Assembly (NCBI GenBank): GCA_013349495.1
Contig: DUZK01000001.1
Span: 1 to 56,521, forward strand
Direction of reading: 5' to 3'
Length of the DNA stretch: 56,521 nt
From: Deltaproteobacteria bacterium
GTDB lineage: Bacteria > Desulfobacterota > Desulfobacteria > Desulfobacterales > SURF-15
Shown: piece by piece, positions 34,692 to 45,800 of the stretch
How positions within the stretch are numbered: the stretch's first letter is position 1
How the letters are laid out: each line of letters starts with the position of its first letter
Made by a program: the position numbers and the translations under genes
The notes under the pieces: generated by a model
Told to the model about the DNA's origin: nothing
Database searches by the model: none
What the model saw: the letters and a program-made list of their open reading frames with translations, nothing else

Positions 34692-36251
34692 TTATTTAAT
34701 CACCACCTTCTGATTTAAATATCGATAGGCATCCTCCGCCAATGTTTTTTTCCAACCCGGTTGGTATGTGCCGAATCGGGCGGGGTCTGCCGCCGACAAG
34801 TTTTCAAATATTGCACCGCAGTGCGCATCGCCCACCGTGAGTTTGGCCAATCGATCAACATCGCTTGAAGTGATTCCCCCGCCAGAAAGGATTTCGAAGA
34901 TACCGGCCGGCAGCAGGTAGGGTTTTAATTCCGGCTGGGTCATGATTCCTGCCATACCGGGAAGGTAGACATCTGTCTTTACATGTAAAACCGCCTGTGC
35001 GACGTCTTTCAAACCCCCATCGATCAAGGCATGGCAGACCGCACGCTGTATGACGGGCAGATAATCGGACTGGAAACATCCGCCGATACAGACAACACCC
35101 CGGGCCAAAGCAAACGATAGAAAACATGAAAAAACCGACGGCAGGAGATTGTTCTGTCGTAATTGCTCTATGATGATATCCGGAGAATGGGCGATTTCGA
35201 CCGTCTTCCCGCGACCACCGATTCCTTTAAGCGTGCATTGCCCTCGGCCGCCGGGTGTTAATGTCAACGGTACTTTTTTCCCCCACTCATCGATCCACCA
35301 GAAGAAAATCGTGCCTGTGGGATCGATTGTGTTAGGGCGTTTCTTTGTGTGGTTTTCCTTTACATGTGTTTTCAGGTTCTTAAGGTGCCAGCACCCTGAG
35401 ATTCCATCCAACTGAGTAATGACTTGATCCCGGACGGTCGGATTAAACAGAACATGGCTCACCAAGCTGTCCTGATTGGATAAATCCATTACCATTAAGT
35501 TTCGTACGATGCTCTCGATTTCAATATAAATCAGCTCCGGTATCGCTTGAAGATCTGCATACAGGCGTTTCCAGATGCGATTGTTTAATACGACCACCTG
35601 CTGTGAATATGACGAGAGATTCAGTATATCCTCTGATAGAAATTCTTCCCTTAAGACTTTTTTCACCGATCGATGAAACTTTTTCGATATGAGCCCGGTC
35701 TTTTCTATCTGTCCCAGAGAGGAAATGGATTGATCGATCATGGAAGAACTAAACGGAGGCGCACAACTTGAAGCCGTCCGTTTCAATCTATCGGGAAAAA
35801 TAGGCAGCCTCACCGGCATCAGGTCCAGATTTTCGGGCTTAACCTTGTAGAGCAGCAATCCTCGGGGATAGGTACGATTATTCAGGGGCACGTTTCCAAA
35901 AGAAAACGCGACCACTGCTCGATTGTGTTTTCTTCCCAACAGTGCATGGAGTGCAAAGAGAATATTCCCCTGGATGAAAATGGAGTAGGACTCGATTCCG
36001 GTATGGCTGCTTGTGAGCACAATCGGCAATCGGGTCAATTCTTCCCTGGCCTGATTCGCTATGAACTCACCGAGCAGGGGCTTCAGGAAACGATATACCG
36101 TTGACAACAAATCTTCTCTTGGCTGATACGATGAATCCGGATGCTTCAGTATTGAATTCAGGTATTCCGGAAGGGGCCTGTTTTCATGTTGCAGTAAAAC
36201 CCGGTGAACCGCGGGCAAATGTCGACAGATTAAATGAAGGTATTGCTGCAT
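34692..36251 (-). CDS. Hypothetical 519-aa soluble protein, no family recognised
   Basis: Long ORF with SD GGAGAC 5 nt upstream of the ATG. It overlaps the upstream GNAT gene by 22 nt (operon). No motif I can name. Confidence 0.6.
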   Translation of the reverse strand: MQQYLHLICRHLPAVHRVLLQHENRPLPEYLNSILKHPDSSYQPREDLLSTVYRFLKPLLGEFIANQAREELTRLPIVLTSSHTGIESYSIFIQGNILFALHALLGRKHNRAVVAFSFGNVPLNNRTYPRGLLLYKVKPENLDLMPVRLPIFPDRLKRTASSCAPPFSSSMIDQSISSLGQIEKTGLISKKFHRSVKKVLREEFLSEDILNLSSYSQQVVVLNNRIWKRLYADLQAIPELIYIEIESIVRNLMVMDLSNQDSLVSHVLFNPTVRDQVITQLDGISGCWHLKNLKTHVKENHTKKRPNTIDPTGTIFFWWIDEWGKKVPLTLTPGGRGQCTLKGIGGRGKTVEIAHSPDIIIEQLRQNNLLPSVFSCFLSFALARGVVCIGGCFQSDYLPVIQRAVCHALIDGGLKDVAQAVLHVKTDVYLPGMAGIMTQPELKPYLLPAGIFEILSGGGITSSDVDRLAKLTVGDAHCGAIFENLSAADPARFGTYQPGWKKTLAEDAYRYLNQKVVIK

Positions 36252-37051
36252 GAAACGTCTCCAGACCGTTTTGTTAAAATGACCAGTATACCGTCACCGT
36301 TTTTAAGGCCCAATGCCTGTGCCAGAAAATCTCTCCTTCCATCCTTTGCCCATGGGTCGAATGCGAATCGCGAAACAAACATATTTTTCCTAACCAATGT
36401 ATCCGTTAAATTCGCCAAAGCGCTTTCAACCTCTGCCATGTCGCCGCCCGTGAGGTTTAAATAGATTTGCCGGAATGCTTCTTTTGCAAAGGGGACTTTT
36501 TGCCGGGATGCGGTTACCAGGGCACAGTCACTACCGATCACGTTTAAATAGGGAAACACGTCATAACCGGTTACCAGTCTTTTTCGTACGATGGAAATGC
36601 AGCAATGAAGCATATCGGATTGGGTGCATGATGAAAGGAATATATTCGGGGAGGATTCGTCAAGGATTGTTTTAACGATGGCCTTTCCGATACCATGACC
36701 TTGGTATGGGGGCAAGATGGTTATGGAGATCAAGTAGACGTTGACCCATCGATTGCTCTCAATACACACCGTACCGATATCATAAAGGGCAGCTCCGATC
36801 AGTGCACTCGTCGAATTTCTAATTGTTAACACGCGTCTTTCAGCATCTCCATCGTGCTGTTTGAAGAATCCGCAACTCCATATCTTTAGTTCATCATCGG
36901 GCATTTTTGGGTAAACAACCTCCAGCAGGACCTTGATCTCTCTTTTCAAATTGTTTTGCTCACGGTTTGACCAGTTATGGATTTGATCCGTGTTATACTC
37001 CGAAACGATGAGGGGTTCGTTTAATTTGATTAAGTCTGCGTCAAGTTTCAT
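36230..37051 (-). CDS. GNAT-family N-acyltransferase with an uncharacterised C-terminal extension of about 120 aa
   Basis: GNAT motif A is ISITILPPYQGHGIGKAIVKTIL. The likely start is the ATG at 37051 (MKLDADL), 1 nt after the MFS gene's TAA (37053-37055). The longer ORF to 37114 would overlap the MFS gene. Confidence 0.7.
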   Translation of the reverse strand: MKLDADLIKLNEPLIVSEYNTDQIHNWSNREQNNLKREIKVLLEVVYPKMPDDELKIWSCGFFKQHDGDAERRVLTIRNSTSALIGAALYDIGTVCIESNRWVNVYLISITILPPYQGHGIGKAIVKTILDESSPNIFLSSCTQSDMLHCCISIVRKRLVTGYDVFPYLNVIGSDCALVTASRQKVPFAKEAFRQIYLNLTGGDMAEVESALANLTDTLVRKNMFVSRFAFDPWAKDGRRDFLAQALGLKNGDGILVILTKRSGDVSCSNTFI

Positions 37052-37052
37052 A

Positions 37053-39620
37053 TTACTTCGAAGCTTTATTTTTACGTTCACGCTCAGTCGAAAGAAAAAA
37101 CAGGAATATGGCAATTAAATAGATAACCCCCACTAAAGACATTTTTTTATAGGTCCCGAAGGCGACCAGAATCCAACTGAACAGAATCGGGCCGAGAACC
37201 TGGCCGAGTCGATACGTTGCGTTGACCACAGCGATGGATTTACCGCCGCCTAATTCCCGGGATGCTCTAAGCTTTAACACATACGATATTCGAGAGGAGA
37301 TAAAGCTACCCGAAATGCCCAGCATCAAAGTGGTTATGGCTATTGCCCATAAACCGCCGAAGAATAGAAAAGTAAGCAGCCCTGCTGCACCGATGACTTC
37401 ACCGATCACGATAAAGGCTTTTTTGTTTTCAACCGAATCAATCCGTTTGCTGATGAAGGGACCGATAAAAATCAGGCAAATACCATACAGCATAAAGACC
37501 CTACCGATATTGGATTGCGAGACCCCCATTCGGTGCAGGTAAATCGGGCTGAAATAGTTGATGAAACCAACCATGATGGTGGCTGCCGGAATAACGATAA
37601 GAAAAATCAGACTGATGATGTTCTTATTAAACAAAAAATTGATAAAATGTTTCATGCTCGGTGCCGGCGATACCGGTTTGTCACTGACTATGGCGGGCTT
37701 CTTAATGGCCTCGCGCATTGAGAGAAATGAATAGGGTATTACAAGAAAAACGATTACGGAACCGACTAAAAATACCGGATTATAACCGATTCGTTCAGCC
37801 AACATTGCACCGGCGGCACCACCGCAGATACTTCCTGTGTATACTCCGGCAAAGAAGTTGGCAATACCGCGGGCTTTTGTGTTTTCATCGGTTTGGGTGA
37901 GCACGAAACCTTGAGCGGCCATGAGGGCGAGTCCATATCCGGCTCCCACGATTCCCCTGGAAAGAATAAAATGCACTGCACTTTGTGCTAGCCATGAATC
38001 CAAAACGCCGATACCAGTGGTTAAAAGTCCCATCAAAAAAGGTTCATGCCAGCCCCGTTTATCTATCCATGCGCCGGATAAGAGGATCGATATGCCGGCG
38101 AAGAACATTTCTACGGAAATAGGTAAGCCCAAGACTAGATCTTTCGGTAAACCGAATAATGGTTCGAACAAGCTCTCCATGTGAAGGGGTACGAAAGAAA
38201 TGGATATGTAGGTACCGAATAGAAACAGAAAGGCCGCAGGGCGTATGATTCCGTAATTGTTATTTGCGGATTGCCTCGGAACAGAAGCCTTTTTTTCCAG
38301 ATATAGGTATATCATCAACAAAAGCTCCAGAGCAAAAAGGGCGGATATGACCAATACCGTTCCGGCGTCCAGTAAAAGCCCCTTTAGCTTCTGTTTGATC
38401 ACATCCCTGTATATATTTGAAGATATGGACCCGACCACATTCCCTTCTTTTCTGACCGGCGAGGTGAAATTGTATTTGCTTTCACTGCTTGAATAGGAGT
38501 CGACGATCTCTTTGGGAAGCGTCATCGGTGTTTTAATCAGATTATAAGCGTTTTGTTGATTTGCATGATACAGGGGTTTTCCTTCATTATTAAAAAGGGT
38601 AATATTTTCGACCTCGGGAAACTGAGACAGCATTTCCCCCATCACCTTCTCAATCCCAAAGAATTTATTCAGGGGCAATCGCTTTTCCAATAAGTACTCG
38701 ACGTTCTCCCGCATGAGGGTGTTCAGCGTTACGGTCATGTCTCCGTTGATCTTCAGGTAGAAGGTATTAAACGCCCTGATGCTCACAACGGAAAAACCGA
38801 TCTGGCAGGCAATGATAATCAGAAATAGTCCTACGGAGATCCCGCGTTTGGGTATTTCATTGGTCTTTTTCCATTCAACCCGATCAAACAGCCATGGAAG
38901 CGCTTTTCTAATCCTGGCACGTTCCCGAGGAAGAATAACATTTAGCATGATTATCGTTAAGAAAGATCCGCACAAAAGAACAACCCACGCAACCCTCAAA
39001 TTATGAAGCCAAGCAGCATTCACCAGTGCTTTTACATGCCTTTCATGAAATGCCAGAATAGCGGTTGCAACCCCGACCCCCTTATTATCCTGGACAACAA
39101 GAGGAACGAAATACGTGTTTTTAAATTTTATGAACCGTTCATTTTCAGGATCAGCGTCTTGGGAATCAATGGAAATAAAATCTTTGTATAATACTCCGGG
39201 CAGCATCGACCCGATTAATCCGTTGTCGGTACTGTACTTTATTTCACCATCCGGCATGGCAACGGCCACAAATATGTCCGAGTCTTCCTGTTTTTTCTCT
39301 CTGTTATCATTAGTTGAATGCTCTCCCTTGGTTTGTCGAACCATATGACCCAGCGGCTCTTCCATGAGTAAATCCATGCCGACGAATTTGTTGATTTTTT
39401 TCCCGTAGCGGACTGCTTTCTGCAGTTTTCGCCTAAACTCGGAACCGATCACCTGATAACTTGAGACCAGGGATCGAACATAAAGCTTTTCAAGCGACGA
39501 CGAAATCAACATGGTGCTGAAACCCAGCGCCAAGACAAGTACGATGGTTCCGGCGGATAAAAGCTTTATTTTCAGGAAATTTAGTTCTTTTCGTTTTTCT
39601 GCTGGAGGAGATGTCATCAT
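37053..39620 (-). CDS. Fusion protein: N-terminal membrane-anchored double extracytoplasmic (sensor-like) region plus a C-terminal MFS transporter
   Basis: aa 1-430 contain 4 hydrophobic helices bracketing two soluble segments of about 140-150 aa. aa 430-855 form a multi-helix MFS body (GIVGAGYGLALMAAQGFV, ARGIANFFAGVYTGSICGGAAG, RLGQVLGPILFSW). SD GGAG lies 8 nt upstream of the ATG. Confidence 0.75.
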   Translation of the reverse strand: MMTSPPAEKRKELNFLKIKLLSAGTIVLVLALGFSTMLISSSLEKLYVRSLVSSYQVIGSEFRRKLQKAVRYGKKINKFVGMDLLMEEPLGHMVRQTKGEHSTNDNREKKQEDSDIFVAVAMPDGEIKYSTDNGLIGSMLPGVLYKDFISIDSQDADPENERFIKFKNTYFVPLVVQDNKGVGVATAILAFHERHVKALVNAAWLHNLRVAWVVLLCGSFLTIIMLNVILPRERARIRKALPWLFDRVEWKKTNEIPKRGISVGLFLIIIACQIGFSVVSIRAFNTFYLKINGDMTVTLNTLMRENVEYLLEKRLPLNKFFGIEKVMGEMLSQFPEVENITLFNNEGKPLYHANQQNAYNLIKTPMTLPKEIVDSYSSSESKYNFTSPVRKEGNVVGSISSNIYRDVIKQKLKGLLLDAGTVLVISALFALELLLMIYLYLEKKASVPRQSANNNYGIIRPAAFLFLFGTYISISFVPLHMESLFEPLFGLPKDLVLGLPISVEMFFAGISILLSGAWIDKRGWHEPFLMGLLTTGIGVLDSWLAQSAVHFILSRGIVGAGYGLALMAAQGFVLTQTDENTKARGIANFFAGVYTGSICGGAAGAMLAERIGYNPVFLVGSVIVFLVIPYSFLSMREAIKKPAIVSDKPVSPAPSMKHFINFLFNKNIISLIFLIVIPAATIMVGFINYFSPIYLHRMGVSQSNIGRVFMLYGICLIFIGPFISKRIDSVENKKAFIVIGEVIGAAGLLTFLFFGGLWAIAITTLMLGISGSFISSRISYVLKLRASRELGGGKSIAVVNATYRLGQVLGPILFSWILVAFGTYKKMSLVGVIYLIAIFLFFLSTERERKNKASK

Positions 39621-39932
39621 ACCGGCGCTCCGTGCATTATCGATTCGATTTCCGGGTGCTCGATTCCTGTCCTTTCATATCCTGTCTTCATTTGCCCGGA
39701 CTCCCTTTCATTGCAAGGCTGATGTTTCGAAGCTTGTAGGGTGAAAATGATATGAAACCATACGGTTATGATGGATTTCTTATCTGAAAAACCTTCCATT
39801 GGCAAGTTAGATCAGAGTGCTTTTTGTCCCCATCATTCACTTTCAACTTGAATATTCAATAATCAAAGGATATTAAGGAATCTATCCTGCAAAAAACCGA
39901 GCATAATCCTTTAGATTGCAATAAGGGTATTT

Positions 39933-40910
39933 ATGAGAAGCTTGAAAATCGGTACCGTCTTGATTCTGGTTCTTATCTCACTGGGGCTCACGGATGCTCG
40001 GGGCAAATCACTCAAGAAAGCCTCTTTCATGACCCACTGGCTGCCCCATGCCCAGTTTGCCGGGTTTTATGTGGCTTATGAAAAAGGACTTTATAAAAAG
40101 CACGGTATCGATCTAACAATCATCCCCGGGAGCCCCAATCGGTCGTCATATGAATATCTAAGGGACGGCAAAGCCGATTTTGTTACGCTTTGGCTTTCCA
40201 GCGGCATCAAGATGCGGGCTGAAGGATTGAAGGTCGTCAACATTTCACAGATCGTGCAGCGATCCGGTTTCATGCTTATTGCGAAAAAGACATCCGGCAT
40301 CAACACGATACTCGATATCCGTAATAAGAAGGTGGGATTGTGGGCAGCGCCTTTCGATCTCCGGCCGATGGCACTGTTCTTGAAATACGACATCAAAGTC
40401 AAGGTGGTACCTCAATCGGCCAGTTTGAACCTTTTTCTAAGGGGAGGGGTTCATATGGCCTCGGCTATGTACTACAACGAATACCACACCCTGCTCAACA
40501 GCGGTTTGGACAGCCATGAATTGACCCCATTTTTTTTTCGGGATTACGGTCTGGATTTTCCCGAAGACGGGATTTATACATTGGAAGACAGGCTGACATC
40601 CGACCCCGACCTATGCCGTGCATTCGTCAATGCGTCTCAGGAGGGCTGGCTGTATGCCTTTGCCAATCCCGATGATGCCGTTGATATTGTTATGAAGCTG
40701 TTGAGAGATGCCCACATCCCTGCCAACCGGGTTCACCAGAAATGGATGCTGGAGCAAATGCGGGACTTGACATTAAGAGATACCGGATCGGGTCCCCTGT
40801 GGAAGCTCTCAAAGGAAGGCTTTATTCGAACATGCGGTGAAATGAAGCGAATCGGTTTTGTTGAGAGGGTTCCCGATTATAATGAACTATATAAAGATTT
40901 GAGCCGATGA
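39933..40910 (+). CDS. NMT1/THI5-like (NitT/TauT-type) periplasmic solute-binding protein
   Basis: Signal peptide, then FMTHWLPHAQFAGFYVAYEKGLYKKHGIDLTIIPGSP...GKADFVTLWLSSGI. The stop overlaps the start of the next gene (ATGA at 40907-40910). Confidence 0.75.
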   Translation: MRSLKIGTVLILVLISLGLTDARGKSLKKASFMTHWLPHAQFAGFYVAYEKGLYKKHGIDLTIIPGSPNRSSYEYLRDGKADFVTLWLSSGIKMRAEGLKVVNISQIVQRSGFMLIAKKTSGINTILDIRNKKVGLWAAPFDLRPMALFLKYDIKVKVVPQSASLNLFLRGGVHMASAMYYNEYHTLLNSGLDSHELTPFFFRDYGLDFPEDGIYTLEDRLTSDPDLCRAFVNASQEGWLYAFANPDDAVDIVMKLLRDAHIPANRVHQKWMLEQMRDLTLRDTGSGPLWKLSKEGFIRTCGEMKRIGFVERVPDYNELYKDLSR

Positions 40911-42847
40911 AAACCAGAGGCATTGCATTCAGGCTTTCTTTCTTCATTCTCTCCGTCGTAGCGTTGATATTCGTTTCGGTCTTTTCATACAATTATTACT
41001 TCTCCCGGCGCATTCTAATTAAAAACGCAGAGCAAATCGCCCGCCATTTCACTCTTGAAACGGTAAACCGGCTGGAGACCGTTCTGAGTTCCGTTGTCAA
41101 AGTTCCCCTGGGTCTTTCCAGCTTTTTGGAATACGCACAATACTACAGCGAAACTCTCAATTCCATATGCCGTTCCACCATGGCCAACAATCCGGAAATA
41201 TCCGGAATTACCATCGCATTCAAACCGTTCGGATATGCTCAGGAAAAGCTCTACCATACATTCTATTATTCTAAAAAAGATGGCGAAATTGAATTACTCG
41301 AAGAGGGATCCCGAGTCTCCCACTATTTCACTTTAGACTGGTATCAGATCTCGAAAGAACTGAATCGGGCGGTCTGGAGCGAACCCTATTATGATGCGGG
41401 CGGCGGCAATATGCTGATGGCCACCTATTCGGTTCCATTTTACGGAACCCAGTCGGGCGCAAGTGAATTCATGGGCGTCGTCGCTGCAGATGTTTCCCTT
41501 ACCTGGCTTCAGGATATCGTATCCGCCGTTAAAATCCTTGAGACCGGTTATGCGTTTTTGATCACGAACACCGGAACCATCGTTACCCATTTTGACCGGG
41601 ATGTGATCATGAACGAGACCATTTTCAGTGTGGCCGAGGCTTTCGGCGACACCCACCTCAGAGAAGTCGGAAAAATGATGATTCGGGGCGAGTCGGGCTT
41701 TGAATACTTCAAAGGGCCGTACGCGGGAAAGGATTGGTGGATTTCTTTTGCGCCGTTGAAATCAAGCGGCTGGTCGCTGTGCACGGTATTCCCGGACGAC
41801 GAACTCATGGCCGATGTCATCCGCCTGAACCGAACGGTATTGTTTATCGGTATATCCGGATTGTTCGGCCTTTTTGTCATCATCGTTCTGATCGCCCGAT
41901 CCATCACACGACCATTGAGTGCCCTCTCGAAGGTCACTGAAACGATTGCAACAGGCGAATTGGATGCGCAACTCCCGGCAATAAAGACCAGAGATGAAGT
42001 GGGAAGACTTTCCGAGTCCATTGAACACATGAAGACTTCACTTAAACAGTACATAGTAGATTTGACGCGTGAATGCGCAATGAGGGAACGAATCGAAAGC
42101 GAGCTTCAGATTGCTCGGCAAATTCAAATGGGAATATTGAAAAAGACCTTCCCTGCTTTTCCGGACCGTTCGGCATTTGATATTTTTGCAATGATTGAGC
42201 CGGCCAGGGAAGTCGGTGGCGATCTCTATGATTTCTTTTTCGTGGATGATCATAATCTCTGTATGGTTATCGGCGATGTAGCCGGCAAAGGAATACCGGC
42301 CGCCCTTATGATGGCGGTCACCCGGACCTTGATAAAAGCAAGAGCGTCTACGGTTTTGTCACCCGATGAAGTATTGAGTATCGTCAACAATGAACTCGCA
42401 GAAGATAACGATTCTGCAATGTTTGTGACCTTGTTCATGGGAGTCCTGGACACCCATACCGGGGAGATGACCTATTGCAATGCCGGCCACAATTATCCGT
42501 TTCTTGTCAGCCCCAATGGCGAGGTTACAGAAATCGAAACCAGAAACGGCATGCCGCTGGGATTGGTGGAAGATTTTCCCTATGAAACAGGTAAGATAAT
42601 GCTGCCCCCTGGAAATATTTTCTATCTATATACAGACGGTGTCAATGAAGCCATGAACGCCCATGATGAGCAATTTTCGGAAGATCGGATCCAGAGCGAT
42701 CTTGCAAGATTAAAAAACAACTCAATCCGGCAGATTACCGACGGTGTAATGGACAGCGTGAAAGCGTTTTCCCAAGGCATGCCTCAGTCCGATGATATCA
42801 CCATGTTGATCTTAAAATATTATGGAAATATGGAGAAGACTCATTGA
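40907..42847 (+). CDS. Membrane-bound Cache-HAMP-PP2C (SpoIIE/RsbU-type) serine phosphatase
   Basis: TM helix, an extracytoplasmic Cache-like region (..WYQISKELNRAVWSEPYYDAGGGNMLMATYSVPFY..GYAFLITNTGTIVTH) and a second TM. HAMP: RSITRPLSALSKVTETIATGELDAQLP..DEVGRLSESIEHM. PP2C blocks: EVGGDLYDFF, GDVAGKGIPAALMM, YTDGVNEA, SDDITMLIL. Confidence 0.85.
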   Translation: MKTRGIAFRLSFFILSVVALIFVSVFSYNYYFSRRILIKNAEQIARHFTLETVNRLETVLSSVVKVPLGLSSFLEYAQYYSETLNSICRSTMANNPEISGITIAFKPFGYAQEKLYHTFYYSKKDGEIELLEEGSRVSHYFTLDWYQISKELNRAVWSEPYYDAGGGNMLMATYSVPFYGTQSGASEFMGVVAADVSLTWLQDIVSAVKILETGYAFLITNTGTIVTHFDRDVIMNETIFSVAEAFGDTHLREVGKMMIRGESGFEYFKGPYAGKDWWISFAPLKSSGWSLCTVFPDDELMADVIRLNRTVLFIGISGLFGLFVIIVLIARSITRPLSALSKVTETIATGELDAQLPAIKTRDEVGRLSESIEHMKTSLKQYIVDLTRECAMRERIESELQIARQIQMGILKKTFPAFPDRSAFDIFAMIEPAREVGGDLYDFFFVDDHNLCMVIGDVAGKGIPAALMMAVTRTLIKARASTVLSPDEVLSIVNNELAEDNDSAMFVTLFMGVLDTHTGEMTYCNAGHNYPFLVSPNGEVTEIETRNGMPLGLVEDFPYETGKIMLPPGNIFYLYTDGVNEAMNAHDEQFSEDRIQSDLARLKNNSIRQITDGVMDSVKAFSQGMPQSDDITMLILKYYGNMEKTH

Positions 42848-45800
42848 GCACGTAGACGCTTTACGAGAACCCTGATAATCCCCCTGGCGACATCAACATA
42901 ATCGGACATCAATTCATAGAATACATCCTGATCCAATCTAAGCAGCTTGGATGGCTCCAGGGCGGTTACCGAGGCCATGCGGGGTTCAGCATCAAGCAGT
43001 GCCATCTCCCCCACGATTTCCTTTTCCCCGAGTTCAGCAATGAACCTGTCTCCATCATGGACCTTCACTCTGCCCGAGGCAACGATATACATGCAATTGC
43101 CGATTTGTCCCTTTTGAATGATCCTTTGTTCGGATACAAACTCAACCTCTTCCAGGTTGGCTGCGATATCGATCAAGATTTCCTCAGACAGCGGTGTAAA
43201 TATTTCAACGGTTTTCAAAAGCATGACCTTTTCTATGGTCAAAAGCATTTCCGTATCTCCTATGGTTTTAGCGAATGTATTTTTTATTGCCCCGTCAATC
43301 GCTGACTCCCTTTCTTTTAGCGGTCTTTGAATGATTTGAGCTATTCTTTGAGGATGCAATCTTGATAGCGCCCAGGCGGCGGTTTCCCGTACCACCAAGT
43401 GTTCGTTTTCCAGGTTCGACTCCAACTCTTGAAGCCATTCTGTTTCAGACCATTCAGTTACCGCATAAATAGCGCAGGCCTTGGTCCATGGGGAGATATC
43501 GGCTTCAGTCAGCTTCAAAAGCTCCTTCAACCGCTGTGTGCGATCCAGTTTTACTTGGGGAAATTTATCCAATAAATTGTTTGATAGGCGACCTGAATCC
43601 ATACTCTGAAACAGAGGAAAAAGAATGGATTTTGTTTCCGGAGCAATTGTTACATCTATGAGTTCATAAGCGTAACTTTGTTTATCTTTTGATCCTTTGT
43701 TTATGGCATCATAAGCTTTTAGCATCGTTTCCGGGGTGTGTATAAATGAGAGCAACAGGAAGATGTTATATCGATTCCGCTTAATTTCACTATCCAGCGC
43801 GTTTTTTAACGCAGCCACTGCCTCATGTTCTCCCAAATCTCCTCTGACGGCGACCTTCCAAACAGCATGAGCCGCTTCTCTATATATTTGATCCTGGACT
43901 GTACGGATATCTGTATTTGGGGCCTGATATCGACGATTTCTTAATTCGTCCAGGATATGAGCTCGGATCGTTTGATTCGGGCAATTCACTTCATCCCACA
44001 AGATATTTGATCCCTGTTTGCCGGCGATCTTTCCATAAATCCGAAGGATCTGTATACGGGTCTGAATTGGCGTATTTGGAAACTTAAAGGTTTGTTTTAG
44101 ATAAGGGAGTGCCGGCTTCCCGATAGCAGCAAGGGCGGATCGAGCATTGCAACGCAAAGGTCGGCTGGTTAGAATTTCCATTAAAGATGTGCAAAAATGA
44201 GAATCGCCGATTTTTCCGGCCGCATCTATAGCGACACGTCTCACCGATAGGTCCTCATCCCTCAAAAGTCGCAGCAGGAGTTCATCGAAGTCATTCATCT
44301 TGACTTCACCCAACACCAATGCGGCGATTTTACGGTCTTCAACCGATTCGGAATTTGTCATCTCGATAAGGGTTTTCTCAGCCATTGAAGCCCTACCGGT
44401 CTCCGGATTTTGAAGGAGACCGAGCAGGGCGTCTCTGCGAAGAAGAGGGCTCGGGTCCAGAAGATATTCAGAGACCATCTCAACCGCTTGGGTATCGTCT
44501 AAAGTGCAAAGTGTGCGGAGGGCTCTTCCCCGTACATCAATCGACACGTCTGATTTTGCGATGTTCGCCACAGGTTTGTAAATTTTAGAGCTGGGGAACC
44601 GTTCAATCCTTGCCAATACATCTTTCCGGACCAAAGGCGACGGATGTTGCAATAATTTATGATACGCCTTTTTCATCTGTTCAACACTATTTTTTTCCAA
44701 AAGATCGAGTGAAAAAATCACTTCTCCCGGATTTGACGAATCCAGCGATCGTCTCAAAACGGCTATACTGGATGCATCGTTCAGTGACAGGTCCGTACTT
44801 TCGCCGATCAAGACTCGTTTGGCGATGGCTTGACTCAATGCGACGGGATATTCGCGAGATACCCAAATGGATCCGATGATCCATGCGAGCATTAATATGG
44901 ATAGCAAATAAGAAAAATGAACCAGTGTGAACGTTGGGAATAGTCCTGTAAAAAGTAATATTCCACCGGCCACTCCGCTGACCAGCGGCTGATATATACC
45001 CTCCAATCGGGTTTGAAATGAGATCCGTTCGTCCTTCTGCAATGGTTGATAAAGAACTCTAAAAGTGGGGTCAAATATGGATAATCGTCCCGTACGATCC
45101 ATTAGCTTGGTGGCCACGATAAGATAAAAGAGCAGATTTCCGATACCGACTAATGTTCCGACTATGGCAGTTGACAGAATCCCGATGGTCAGGAATGCGG
45201 GAAGAATGACCAATCCGGCTTTTAATCCGTATCGGGTCAGAAGACGTCCCGAGACAATGGATTTTAATAGGAGTTCAACTAGCTTAACAGATCCATAGAA
45301 GAAACCGAAAAATGCCGCCAGTCGGTCTGCTTCCTGATAATGGGTGTATGCTTGGTCCAGAAAAAAATAGTGAAGAAAATAGAGACCCGAAGTCGACAGG
45401 ATCATGACATTGAATATCAGTCGTAGATACCTGCTTTTGAGCGGCCGGGTCACTTGAACGTCAATCGGCCTGTCTGCCACGGTTTTTTCCTGTGGCGAGG
45501 CAATTTGAGATAAAAATTGACGATTGATATGAATGAGCAGCAATAGACTGGATAGAAGTCCACCAGCCGAGATAAGCAGTAGATTAATGGTTCCGATATG
45601 GTTCACGATGAGGGGAATGGTAAAAAAGGCCAACAGGCTAGTGACCACTTCACCTGCCCCGATCAATCCGAAAAGACGTTTAGCCTGGCGCAGATGTAAA
45701 ATTCGTCCCGCCAACCCCCAAAATTCAATATTAATTAATGAAACAAACGGAGTGATTAGTATGTAAAGTCCAAGGGATAGCCAGCTTGCATGACTCCAAA

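Noticed and set aside
36230-37114. The full 294-aa version of the GNAT ORF
   Set aside because: The first 21 codons overlap the end of the MFS gene and encode MPYSCFFFRLSVNVKIKLRSN. The ATG at 37051 sits 1 nt after the MFS stop and fits an operon arrangement better.
39621-39932. A TPP or other riboswitch, or a sigma54 promoter, upstream of the NMT1/THI5-like binding-protein gene
   Set aside because: I found no CUGAGA...ACCUGAUCUGGAUAAUGCCAGCG-like core and no TGGCAC-N5-TTGCA element; TGGCAAGTTAGATCA lacks the -12 GC.
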